Shown here one piece after another: positions 42,807 to 52,859 of a stretch of DNA of 64,000 bases. Origin of the DNA: an uncultured Chloroflexia bacterium. Lineage in GTDB: Bacteria > Chloroflexota > UBA6077 > JACCZL01. The position numbers and the translations under genes were made by a program. Numbering within the stretch: position 1 is the stretch's first letter; each line of letters begins with the position of its first letter. The stretch lies in contig CAVXYC010000020.1 in NCBI GenBank assembly GCA_963765765.1, positions 640,001 through 704,000 of the forward strand. Reading direction: 5' to 3'. A model generated the notes under the pieces. That model had not been told where the DNA came from, made no database searches, and saw nothing but the letters and a program-made list of their open reading frames with translations.

Positions 42807-43483
42807 CGCCGGCGAAGAGTCCCAACAGTCCACCCGTTATTGTCGCGGAGCAGCTTGGAGTCATCTACGGGGACCAAGTCGCGCTGAGGAACGTTTCGTT
42901 TGAGGCCTACGCCGGCGAGCGCATCATGGTGCAGGGCCACAACGGCGCGGGGAAAAGTACGCTTATTCGCGTCCTCGCCGGGCTGCAGCGTCCGGACCGT
43001 GGCAGCATCGCCATTGGAGGAGGCTCGCCGTACGACCGACACATCCGCCAGCACATCGGAGTCGTGGTCCACAATACATGGCTGGATCCCGACCTGACGG
43101 TGCAGGAGACGCTTCGGTTCTTTGGCGCACTCTACGGACTGCTGGACAACACTCCCCGCCTGGCAGAAGTGTTGAAGAGCGTAGGCATGTCTGACCGACG
43201 CCACCAGCGTGTAGGCGAGCTCTCTCGTGGTTATCAGCAAAGGTTGACTCTGGCTCGCGCCCTCCTACACCAGCCGGCCATTCTGCTTCTGGATGAGCCC
43301 GACACCGGCCTCGATGAAGCGACGCTCGCCACTCTCCGCGACGTCCTCACCACCGACGGAGAGGATCCGACATCTCGAACTGTCGTTATGACAAGTCACA
43401 ATCGGGCATTCGGGGCCGCGATCACGAATCGCACCCTGACCCTCGAAGAAGGCGCCTTGGTGGAGTCGGCAGTAGTACCGTGA
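42803..43483 (+). CDS. ccmA: Heme exporter ATP-binding subunit CcmA
   Basis: GHNGAGKST, LSRGYQQRL, LLDEP; ccm context. Confidence 0.85.
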   Translation: MTPAKSPNSPPVIVAEQLGVIYGDQVALRNVSFEAYAGERIMVQGHNGAGKSTLIRVLAGLQRPDRGSIAIGGGSPYDRHIRQHIGVVVHNTWLDPDLTVQETLRFFGALYGLLDNTPRLAEVLKSVGMSDRRHQRVGELSRGYQQRLTLARALLHQPAILLLDEPDTGLDEATLATLRDVLTTDGEDPTSRTVVMTSHNRAFGAAITNRTLTLEEGALVESAVVP

Positions 43484-43493
43484 AAGCCCCTGC

Positions 43494-43608
43494 CCCGCTT
43501 TGGGATGCCGCGTGCCGGAGCGCCGCTTTTGATTTGCCGCGATATCTCCGACGCAAGTCGCCGCGAGAACCCAAAGCGGCGCTCCCGCACGCCGCACTCC
43601 AAAGCGGG
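43494..43608. repeat. TTGGAGTGC-type REP doublet (inverted pair)
   Basis: 36-bp arms 43494-43529 and 43573-43608, 32/36 complementary; lies between ccmA and ccmB. Confidence 0.7.
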
Positions 43609-43634
43609 CCTGGTCCCTCCGTCAACGAAGCTTT

Positions 43635-44306
43635 ATGACAAATTTCCTCCACACCCTGCAGGTCATCGTCTGGAAGGACTTGCTACTGGAGCTGCGTGGA
43701 CGGCAGGTATTCTCGACGACGTTTACGTTTGCGCTACTGGTGCTCGTGGTCTTCAACTTTGCGCTCGACGTGCGCGCGGACCTTGCGCCCACGCTCGCCC
43801 CTGGCGTGCTCTGGGTGGCCATCGTCTTCGCCGGTATGCTGAGCATCGGCAGATCGTTTGCCCGCGAAGTCGATCGGGCTACGATCGACGCCCTCCGCGC
43901 AAGCCCGGTAGATCGCTCGGCCATCTTGCTGGGCAAGCTTTTCGGCAATCTCATCGTCATGACAGCAGTTGAGCTGATCACGGTGCCGGCGTTTGTCCTA
44001 CTCTTCAACGTGAATCCACGTTGGCCCGAGCTCATTGTGACGGTTGCCCTGGGCACGATTGGGTACGTTACCGTCAGTACGCTATTCGCGGCCATCGCCG
44101 TCCAGTCGCGGGCTCGGGAAGTGATGCTGCCGCTCCTCAGCCTACCCATCCTCGTTCCGGTCGTCATCGGCAGCTCCAAGGCTACGGCTCAAGCACTGGG
44201 TCCCACACCGATGGACGACGTTCCCTGGCTGACGCTCATTGCAGTATTCGATGTGATCTTTCTTGCCATTGCGGTCGCGATTTTCGATTATGTATTCGAT
44301 GCCTGA
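43635..44306 (+). CDS. ccmB: Heme exporter permease CcmB
   Basis: WKDLLLELR, PGVLWV, RSFARE, LPLLSLPILVP. Confidence 0.9.
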   Translation: MTNFLHTLQVIVWKDLLLELRGRQVFSTTFTFALLVLVVFNFALDVRADLAPTLAPGVLWVAIVFAGMLSIGRSFAREVDRATIDALRASPVDRSAILLGKLFGNLIVMTAVELITVPAFVLLFNVNPRWPELIVTVALGTIGYVTVSTLFAAIAVQSRAREVMLPLLSLPILVPVVIGSSKATAQALGPTPMDDVPWLTLIAVFDVIFLAIAVAIFDYVFDA

Positions 44307-45006
44307 CACAATCCGCGGCGTCCAGAGCCTCGAAAAGCGTTTGGGAGTTATTACCGCGGTGGTGATGGGGCTGGCTCTTCTAGCTGCCTTTTTCTACGCT
44401 CCCATGGAGCGGACGCAAGGAAACGTACAGCGCATTTTTTACATTCACTTGCCGATCATCTGGCTGGCGTATCTGGCGTTCTTCGTAGTCTTCGTGAGCA
44501 GCGGCCTGTATCTCTGGAAACAGCGCGAGTTTTTCGATCACGTCGCCCATGCCTCGGCAGAGATAGGGTTCCTATTCACATCACTAGTCCTGGTCACTGG
44601 CTCTCTCTGGGCACGACCGATCTGGGGTACCTGGTGGAGCTGGGATGCGCGTCTCACGACGACGCTTATCCTGTGGTTTATCTACGGAGCGTACCTGACA
44701 CTCCGAGGCGTAATGACCGACGATAGGCAAGCTGCTCGTTACGCGGCCGTGCTTGGCATCGTGGGTTTTATCGACGTTCCTATCATTCACCAATCCGTGG
44801 TCTGGTGGCGGACGCTCCATCCACAGACTGTTGTGCTGGCCGAAGGCGGGCCCGCGATGCCGCCAGCCATGCTTCAGACGCTGGCTCTTTCGCTGGCCGC
44901 ATTCTCGCTACTGTACGCGTGGCTCATGCTGAAACGGGTCCGACTGGAGCACATGCGAGCAAGACGACATCGCCTGCACCTAGAGCAAGCGTTCGGTCGA
45001 GCCTGA
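44299..45006 (+). CDS. ccmC: Heme exporter CcmC
   Basis: RIFYIHLP, GSLWARPIWGTWWSWDARLT, WWRTLHP. Confidence 0.92.
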   Translation: MPDTIRGVQSLEKRLGVITAVVMGLALLAAFFYAPMERTQGNVQRIFYIHLPIIWLAYLAFFVVFVSSGLYLWKQREFFDHVAHASAEIGFLFTSLVLVTGSLWARPIWGTWWSWDARLTTTLILWFIYGAYLTLRGVMTDDRQAARYAAVLGIVGFIDVPIIHQSVVWWRTLHPQTVVLAEGGPAMPPAMLQTLALSLAAFSLLYAWLMLKRVRLEHMRARRHRLHLEQAFGRA

Positions 45007-45012
45007 TTCCCC

Positions 45013-45156
45013 ATGGACCAGTGGATGTTCGCCGTCGCGGCATTTGGGATCACAGCGGTCTCGATCGGCAGCTACATCATCATTCTGCGAGCGCGGCTGC
45101 AGGCCGCGGAGACTGATGCCGGCAGCGGTAGTCCTTCTTCGGAAGGCTCTGACTAA
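45013..45156 (+). CDS. ccmD: CcmD-like small membrane protein (47 aa; absent from the ORF track)
   Basis: MDQWMFAVAAFGITAVSIGSYIIILRARLQAAETDAGSGSPSSEGSD*, a single TM helix directly after ccmC. Confidence 0.6.
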   Translation: MDQWMFAVAAFGITAVSIGSYIIILRARLQAAETDAGSGSPSSEGSD

Positions 45157-45265
45157 GCACAGGGCCGCTTCAGCAAGCGGCCCTTCAGCAGCCGCCGTCA
45201 AACGTACCTGTTGCTATCCGCTCGCCGATTTTTTCGCCGGTCGCTGTATTTGCCCTCCGTTTCCT

Positions 45266-45520
45266 TGTCATCCTGAGATGCTCCATGCGCTCGAGCGCAC
45301 CGACACGCCATGAACCGCGGCGGCAATTGCAGCCATCCAGGTGCAGTGTCATCCCGAGGCACGAGGGATCTACCGGACGTCGGAGGGGGCGGATTGGCCA
45401 GGTATTCGTGGAGCGCTTCCGTCTGTTGCCTGGCGCGGCCGATCTGCCGTGGCGCAATCAGGTAGCGAACCGCGGGCGCACAGACTGGATGGCGGGACGT
45501 CATCTCAGCGAAGAACCGGA
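45266..45520 (+). repeat. Degenerate TGTCATCC[CT]GAG-type REP-like repeats
   Basis: TGTCATCCTGAG (45266), TGTCATCCCGAGGCACGAGGGATCT (45347), CGTCATCTCAGCGAAG (45498). Confidence 0.45.
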
Positions 45521-45539
45521 GCGACGTGTGCCCGTCGAT

Positions 45540-45849
45540 CGAGTGTCCGCTCCGCACCATCCTTGGGCCGCGCCAGCGGCCCGCTCAGGAAATCCCGATT
45601 GACGGAGAACCCGCGTGGGCGCTGCCACTCAAATGGGTGCTCAGTCCACCGGTCGTAGGCAACGCAGAAGGCGCGAATTTCGCCGCTCTGCATCTCACCA
45701 TCATCGCTCAGCGTCCGTACGATGACGGGCGGCAGCCCTACCGCCTTGTTGAACCTGGTGGTGTCAGCGATAAAGGGCCAGGGTCCGTCCGGAGTCGCTG
45801 CAAACCGAACATTAAGCTCACTAACGATCGCTTGCGGTCCGGACAACAA
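45540..45849 (-). pseudogene. N-terminal remnant of a DUF5939-type adenylate/guanylate cyclase
   Basis: WPFIADTTRFNKAVGLPPV...WTEHPFEWQRPRGFSVNRDFLSGPL resembles the SRPBCC-like N-terminus of these cyclases; the rest is absent. Confidence 0.5.
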
Positions 45850-45937
45850 GAACTCTCGATGTGCCTGGGCAACCGGGAGTCTAGCACGGCAAATTGCACG
45901 GGTCTGCGAATTCCCGGGTATTGCGTTTCGCGTCGGA

Positions 45938-46159
45938 TTACGTGGGAGACCAGCTCACTCGCTCGTGCTCGTCGCCACGATTTCGACGCTTCCAGGCAAT
46001 CAGACAGGAGCGACAGAGGACGCCAGAGCCGTCAGGCGCCGGAATCGGAAACTCGTCCTCATGCCCGGCGCCGATAAAGATCTCACAGTCTCGACATTTG
46101 AGCGTCGCGTTGTACTGCGAGACCGGGAGCGGATATGTGCGAATGAGCCTGTGGGCCAC
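45938..46159 (-). CDS. Small putative zinc-finger protein (CxxC-x23-CxxC)
   Basis: CRDC and CRSC; strong AGGAGGG RBS upstream of the GTG start. Confidence 0.55.
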   Translation of the reverse strand: MAHRLIRTYPLPVSQYNATLKCRDCEIFIGAGHEDEFPIPAPDGSGVLCRSCLIAWKRRNRGDEHERVSWSPT

Positions 46160-46331
46160 CTCAGGTCCCTCCTACAAATCCCTGGAGCAAAGCGATACCG
46201 CATGCGATACCGAGAATGATGATTGTGACATCAAGCATGCGAGCCTCCTCAGCACGATCGGTGAGCTCAAATTCTAAAATTGAGCACGGCCGTGCTGGGC
46301 AATTGCCAATTACAATCACGTCACGTACCGG

Positions 46332-46646
46332 CTATTTCTGTCTGAGGTAGTACGTGGCGCCCATGATTGAGCCGACGCCAATCGACCCAACGAGCCAGAG
46401 ACCGGTTGAAATCGGTTGCACATCCCGCCCCGTCTGCGATGCCATTCCGAGCATCGATCCAAGCACTGGAGCAAAACCGACGCCAATGCCGAGAAGAGTC
46501 CCCAGCGTGGCGCCGACCGCTCCCCGGGCGAGCGCCTCGACTCCGGAATCCAGCTTGTAGTTCAGCGATTCATCCCGCCGCACTGTAGACACCTCCCATA
46601 AACAGGCATGCGCCACGAGCGTTCGTGGCGCGTTCAACAGTCTCAT
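46332..46646 (-). CDS. Small Gly-rich membrane protein
   Basis: Two Gly-rich hydrophobic helices; start uncertain. Confidence 0.4.
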   Translation of the reverse strand: MRLLNAPRTLVAHACLWEVSTVRRDESLNYKLDSGVEALARGAVGATLGTLLGIGVGFAPVLGSMLGMASQTGRDVQPISTGLWLVGSIGVGSIMGATYYLRQK

Positions 46647-46712
46647 CCGTCCCGCGTCACGCCTCGATTACACGAAGAGTGAATTCCGTCTCAATGAGGT
46701 AACAGGCATCTT

Positions 46713-46840
46713 TTAGGGGTTAGGGGTTAGGGCTGAGATGCGACATGCGACATGCGATGCGAATTCGCCATTCTCAATTCTGCATTCTCATTCGTCCTCC
46801 AGCGCCCTCTAGCCCCTAATCCCTACCCCTTACCCCTTTC
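46713..46840. repeat. Heptamer tandem-repeat tract (TTAGGGG / CGACATG / CATTCTC / CCCCTAA)
   Basis: 7-nt periodicity, with G-rich units at the left and complementary C-rich units at the right. Confidence 0.7.
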
Positions 46841-46884
46841 TCATATACTCGCAGTAGGGGCATAAGCAGCACTCGGAGTAACTG

Positions 46885-47918
46885 ATGGACGATACGGACC
46901 GACTGATCCTCAATCACATTCAATCCGACTTCCCGCTGGTCGACCGACCCTATGCACGGCTTGCCACCGTGTTGGACAGCACGGAAGACGAGGTGGTGGG
47001 GCGCGTACGCGCGCTGCGTGAGGATCGAATCATTCGTCAGATCAGTGGGATCTTTGACACCCGCGCGCTCGGATACAAATCCAGCCTTGTCGCGGCACGG
47101 TATCCCGAGGGGCGGATCCATGAAGGTGCTCAGATCATCAACGAGCACCCGGGGGTGACCCACAACTACGAGCGCAACCATGAGTACAACCTCTGGTACA
47201 CGATCGCGGTCCCGCCGACCAGCGACCTCGAAGGAACCATTCAGCGCCTTCACGAGCTATCCGGTTCGGAATCGACGCGCGTCATGTACACGCTCAAGCT
47301 CTTCAAGATTGGCGTGAACCTGGACCTCACGGGGAACCGTGCGCCCACCGCCACCTCCAAACCCGAGTACAGTGAGCACGAGCGCAACCGTGCTTCAGGC
47401 TTCGCCCTCTCGCAGCGCGACATGGAAGTCATCCGCGAGATTCAGGAAGACCTCTCCCTTGACCTCGAGCCGTTCGCCGGCATGGCCGAGCGCATTGGCA
47501 TCAGCCAGCCAGAGCTCTTTGAGTCGGCCGCCAGCCTCCAGGAGCGCGGTTTCCTGCGCCGTTTCGCGGCCATTCTCTATCACCGCCGCGCCGGCTTCCG
47601 TTCCAACGCCATGGGCGTGTGGGCCGTACCCGAAGAAAAGATCGCCGAGATCGGCCCACGGATGGCGTCGTTCTCAGCCGTCAGTCACTGCTACCAGCGG
47701 CCCACCTACCCCGACTGGCCCTACAGTGTATTCACTATGGTCCACGGTCACTCCGACGAAGAATGCGAAGAGCTCCTCGCCGCCATCAAAGAAGGCACAG
47801 GAATCCCGGATTACCGCTCCCTGTATTCCACCCGTGAGTACAAGAAGACAAGAGTCCGCTATTTCACGCCCGAGATGCGGAGTGGGAAGCGAAATACATC
47901 GCTGTCCCCGTTAGTTAA
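46885..47918 (+). CDS. ahbAB: Siroheme decarboxylase AhbA-AhbB fusion (NirD/L/G/H, Lrp/AsnC fold); frameshift near 47875
   Basis: IQSDFPLVDRPY, GVTHNYER, NLWYT, GFRSNAMGVW, SHCYQRP..PDWPYSVFTMVHG, LYSTREYKK; the true C-terminus AEWEAKYIAVPVS* ends at 47918. Confidence 0.88.
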
Positions 47919-47944
47919 CGGCACTCGGCCCGCGGACATGAGCG

Positions 47945-47991
47945 GGTTCCCGAGCGTCCTGTTTCGAGCAGGACGCTCGGGAACCTGTTTC
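47945..47991 (+). terminator. Intrinsic terminator of ahbAB
   Basis: 17-bp stem GGTTCCCGAGCGTCCTG / CAGGACGCTCGGGAACC followed by TGTTTC. Confidence 0.7.
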
Positions 47992-48074
47992 TCTGGCCGA
48001 CACCACATCGGACCAAACGCGATGTCAGCATCGCGGTTTCGAGCGCGAATCCCAACGAATACATCACACGCACC

Positions 48075-48725
48075 GTGCCTTATCCGACGCCGCTGCCACC
48101 ACCGCAGCAAGCGATCACGGAGGTGCTGAACGAGTCGAGGGCAGCGGCATCGGCGAGCACACAACTCGTTGGTATCCGAAGTAGAGCCCTCGCCTGGATG
48201 CACATGTTCGTGTCGCAGAACTACCACGAGCGAGTGTTTAGCGGCCTAGCAGAAAGCATTTTCGAGCGCTACAAACTCGCCGTCGACACACTGCTAGCTC
48301 AACGCACTGGGGACGTTTTGCAAAAGATCCCCGTGATCTACGGCCGTTTGTCCGAAGGCGACCCCGAGGCGATCCGTCATGCGCTGAGAACGTGCCGACG
48401 GATGATCGATTCGTTCGCCGATGCGATGTTCCCGCCCAAAGGTGGGGAGATGGAGGTAGCAGGCGAAAACTTCCGCACCGGTGCGCGAGACACGAAGGAT
48501 CGTCTTAGGGCCTACATTAAGCAACAGTCCACAAGCTCCTCGCGGGAAGAGAAACTCCAACGAACTCTCGGGGGACCTTTATGAGCGGGTGAGCACCGGC
48601 GTACATCAAGATGTAACGCCACCGAGGCCCAAGCCCTGTTTCTTGAGACTTACATGTTGCTCAGCGAGATCTTGGACTTTGCCCCACCGCCGACGGTGGA
48701 ACCGGCAACAGTTGCGGGAGCATGA
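48075..48725 (+). pseudogene. 5'-truncated, frameshifted AbiTii-associated-like protein
   Basis: IFERYK..VD..L, RL..GDPEA..AL.TCRR.ID.FAD..FP, DLY.RVS.GVH, TY.LL.EIL; family recalled from memory, N-terminus missing. Confidence 0.4.
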
Positions 48726-49105
48726 TGGAGCACAGATGCGTGGTGCTGAGCCCGTGCGTTCGGCACAATGGGTAGCGGCTCCAGCCTGGGCAGGTGGTGC
48801 CCGTCAGTCGCGTCCGCGATATCGCCGATCTCAGGCACCTGCAGCGCGATGGGAAGGTTGAGCTGCTCGACGCAGACATCGGAGACCACGGCCGCCTTTG
48901 CGGAACGCACTGGTTGGACCGGGATCTACTACAAGCGCACGCGCTCGGCGCAACCCACGCGATCCCACTATGGCGCAATGAGTGCGAGGAGGCGTCGCAT
49001 GGCATTAAAGGGCCCGGCGTCCAAGGGATTGCGATGTGACTGGCGTGGACGAAACCGCCCCGTCGATGCGTTCATAGGGCTTGCTTCGTATCCCATGAAC
49101 GAGGT

Positions 49106-51275
49106 TCACGGGAACGCGGTGATGGCTTCGAGATGTGCGTCGATCTCTGAGCGCGTGCGCCAGACGGGGCGCATCTCCTTGTGAGCAAGCAGAGCGAGCT
49201 GGTCGCCGTTATGCGGCGATCCTGTCTGTGTAGCATTGCCGTAGGCAGTCAGGGATTTCGCCCGAGCACCTTGCGGAGTGAACTCCACCGCGGATACATA
49301 CGTGACCCCGAAGACCGACTCCATGAGGCCGTCTCCGCTCGGGGCGTAGTCGATGACGGAGAAGACTCCCAGTGGATCACCCGGAGCACTATTCCCCGGT
49401 AAATCGACTCCGTTGCGCCGCAGGCGGTTGACATCGCCCCAGGCAACTTCTATGTCGCCGAACTGGGTCTCGACCGTGTCAGCCACGGCCTCCAGCACCG
49501 CCACCGCTGCCACCGGGTCGGCTAGGCCGAGCGGCGTGCTGCTGGGTCGATCCGGGTCCCAGATGGTGACAAATGTGCCTGGCGTCTCCAAACCATCTGG
49601 CAACGCCTCACGAGCCCACTGGACGAACAGCACTGCCCCACGACTGTCAGCATCCGCGGCGCGGTCCCACTCCTGGAGCACTTCAGCGGCGCGGACGGCA
49701 CGCTGACGACCGGAGCCCCGAGCCGCGGATATCAGATCGTCGAGTACGCGGTCAGCTAATGCCATGTGGGTGGAAAAGCTCGCCCCTACCAGTTCATCAA
49801 GCGAAATCCGCTCGTCCAGAGCAAGCATCTCAATGGCGCGCTGTTCGCGCATGAGGGCTGGCACCGACACATCCGGCGCCATGTAGGACGGGAAGTATTC
49901 GGCGCCTACTGGCGATGGGACGCTCGTGTACCACGGTTGACTATTGGAATTCTGGACCCACCCGCTGGCCGGGTCCAGAACTCGCGGAAGGTCATCATAC
50001 GAGTGAGTTTCGGACCACAACGTCGCTGAGGTATCACCGGGTATAGTCGCCTGCCAGGTAGCAAAGTTGCCGAACGGTCGCACAGGCACGCGGCCGCCGA
50101 AGAGACTCAAGACGTGACCGTCGCGGTCGGCATACATCACCGTGAACATGGGCAGCTGCAATCGCCGCAGCACCGCCTCGAATTCGGCCAGGCTGCGAGC
50201 CCTGCCCATGTCCCACCACTGCTGAAGCCCCCCGTGCTGACTGAGGCCCACCTGACGCACTGCGAGGGTGGCACCATCCGCGGTTGCGATCACCGGCCCC
50301 TGGACCGAGCGGCGGATCAGGAGCGGCTCTTCATGGACCGCGCCGTCATCCTGCCTCACCCGAATCGTCTGCTGCTCGGTCTCGAAGGCGCGCACCTCGC
50401 CATCCAATCGGTACCCGTTATCGGTCAGCGCGAGCGCGTAGGTGTCAAAGCCATCGATCGTATTGACTGTATGCGTCCAACCGAGCGAGTCGTTGAACGC
50501 GAACACCAGGACGGGCAAGCCGATGATGGTTGCGCCGTAGTTGTCTATGCCCTCGCTCTGAATAGCGAGCTGCGCCTCATAGAGCAACACCAGGTCCACG
50601 TCCCATGCGATATGGGGGTTGGTGAGCAGCAGCGCGTTGCGGTTTTCCGTGTGCCCGGGCGCAACGGCCCAGGCGTTGGAGCCCGGCTCCATTCCAACCG
50701 GCAGCCAGCCTTCGCCCCACTGAGGGTTGCGGTCCCCCGTTAAGGCCAGGAACGTGAAGAACACGCGGTGCATATGACCCACCATGTCCGCGCCGTCGAC
50801 CGGGCAGTACCGCCTCCACATCGTCCGCGATCAGATCGGGATGCTCGCGCGCGTAGGCGTTGACCCCGTCCGCAAACGCGTCCAGGTGACCGCGAAACTG
50901 GGGTGTTTGCGCGGCGTACCCTTCGCGACCGGCCTCCGGAAGACCCACGGTTCGGAAAAAGCGGTCTGACGTGAGGTACTCATCGCCCCAGTACTCGGCC
51001 GCGCGCCCGCGAGCAATGCCATACAGGCGGAGGATCTTATCTCCGTGGCTGTGCATCTGCGCATAACCGTACGCGTAGAAGAGGCTGTCCGTATCGTCGG
51101 CAAAGATGTGCGGAACGCCCCAGGTATCCCACAGGATCTCGGAATGAGCATTTAAGAGTGAGACCGGGACCGTTGGTGAAGAATACGCCTCCTGCGCCGA
51201 GACGGGCAGGATTCCGAGCGCGAGAGTGACCAGTCCAACGATGAAGTACGTGCGCGGGATTGAATGTCGCCGCAT
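49106..51275 (-). CDS. Penicillin acylase family Ntn-hydrolase (S45; frameshift near 50800)
   Basis: Signal peptide, ILWDTWGVPHIFA, YGYAQ, GSNAWAV nucleophile, NPH, QNSN. Confidence 0.9.
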
Positions 51276-51453
51276 CTGGAATGCTCCCTATTCTCTTTGT
51301 TGGTCGTAACTCGAGATCTGCCGCCTTGCGGAGCATGGTGGGTGACACATCGGTACCGGACCGCCGCATACTGAGCGCCTGCCCCGCACGTTGCCGCCCG
51401 GACTTTGCACAGCGCTGTTGGGACGAGTGGGTCCGTCAGTCCGATGTCGAAAT

Positions 51454-52518
51454 TCATCGGGGCGTCCCCAATGGCGCCCCGGTGCGTACCGCGTCGACTA
51501 CCTGCCGAATCGTGTCTATGGTCACCGTAGCGTCCTGCTTGCGGTAGACCAACGACTCGTGTGTGGCGCCCTCTACCTGCCATTGTGTGGTATTCGTCGA
51601 GAGCCCAGCGAGCTCATTCTGCATCTCCTTCCAGGCTCGGTTCGCGCGCACCTTGAGCTCTCCCTCAGCCTGAGAGAACGTGTCCTCCGCCGTGAGCACC
51701 GCCAACGGTCGGTTGCCCAACGATCCAACGGCACGCACCTGTTCGGCCGAGGACGGAATGGACCGGAGCTCGTCAGCGATGGCGGCCATGGCTCTTGTGG
51801 AGGCATTGAGCTTCTTAACCTGCGTGCGCTGTGGCGCCGGCAAGTCGGGATCTACCGGAAAGACAGGCACCAGACCGGAGCGCGTGACACCAATCGCGGC
51901 CAGGATCGGCAACAGCGTCAGCATCTGCTCCCCCGGGGAGAACCCGGCCGCAAGCTCCGGCGGTAACCGCGTTTGCACATCTGGATGGGTTGCGTCGACC
52001 AAAACTAACCCAGCTACGTCTACGGGGTAGCTGGCAGCGTACATTTGGATGAACAGGCCGCCGAGTGAGTGACCCACGAGCACATAGGGAGCTGGGATGT
52101 CGGCGCGGTCGAGTAGGCTGTGCAGCTCCGTCGCGATCCGATGCGCGTCCCTCGGCAGGGGTCCGGACTCACTCCATCCCATGCCAGCGCGATCGTAAGC
52201 GCAGACGCGTGTGGTCTCGGAAACACCCGGCTGTACCCAGGGCCAATCTGCGGACGTACCGGGGAAGGCGGACTCCAAAAGCACGGTCGGGCTGCCCTCG
52301 CCGATGCAGAAGACGTGCAGTCGTGAACCGTCGACCTCCACCAGCCGCCCAGGCGCGGGGAATGCGCGGCGATCCCGCTCGGTAGCAACGGCCTGGTAGA
52401 CCAGCCCCAGGACGGGCATGGCAATCAGCACGAGAAGTACGCCTACAGCGAGGGTCTTGGGCCCGCCAAACCGGCACCGCCATCGGCCAAGCTTCGGCGC
52501 TACTGACGCCTTTTGCAT
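51454..52518 (-). CDS. Membrane-anchored alpha/beta hydrolase
   Basis: PGRLVEVDG.RLH, RVCAYDRAGMGWS, VGHSLGG, GLVLVDA; GGAG RBS before ATG 52518. Confidence 0.85.
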   Translation of the reverse strand: MQKASVAPKLGRWRCRFGGPKTLAVGVLLVLIAMPVLGLVYQAVATERDRRAFPAPGRLVEVDGSRLHVFCIGEGSPTVLLESAFPGTSADWPWVQPGVSETTRVCAYDRAGMGWSESGPLPRDAHRIATELHSLLDRADIPAPYVLVGHSLGGLFIQMYAASYPVDVAGLVLVDATHPDVQTRLPPELAAGFSPGEQMLTLLPILAAIGVTRSGLVPVFPVDPDLPAPQRTQVKKLNASTRAMAAIADELRSIPSSAEQVRAVGSLGNRPLAVLTAEDTFSQAEGELKVRANRAWKEMQNELAGLSTNTTQWQVEGATHESLVYRKQDATVTIDTIRQVVDAVRTGAPLGTPR

Positions 52519-52859
52519 CAGGGCTCTCCGGCGCTCCATCCCGACAACGAGACCCCGCGCGTCAAGAAGGGGATGCGCCCTACTGGTCGAGATAGTACTG
52601 GATGATGGCCAGCTTGGTAAGGGGAAGTTGCACCCTTCGAGCCTGTACAACCGGCTTGGGGGTGACTGGGCCATGATCACCATCACGCGATCGAAGTTGC
52701 GGACCGAGACCTGACGATGTGCTGCGCCGGTGACTCGCCCAGAACTCCAGCTGCCAGCGACTCATTGGGGAATGCGGCGTGGTGACGGCGATGAGGCTTT
52801 CGGACGGTGCGTCGTACGGGAAGATATCCAGGGCATCATCGGCCCCAACGGCCGCGACG

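Noticed and set aside
46713-46733. TTAGGG-like telomeric repeat suggesting eukaryotic contamination or a chromosome end
   Set aside because: Only three 7-nt units, within a bacterial intergenic heptamer tract.
48960-49005. HSLRHSG (tyrosine-recombinase-like HxLRH motif) in minus-strand ORF 48661-49005
   Set aside because: No other integrase motifs flank it. The second copy of this repeat reads HSSRHSR in that frame, while a different frame is conserved.
51439-51449. Inverted partial copy (GTCCGATGTCG) of the island boundary core next to the hydrolase stop, which would suggest pdif-like modules
   Set aside because: Only 11 bp, lacking the CAAA end and the second arm; plausible by chance in GC-rich DNA.
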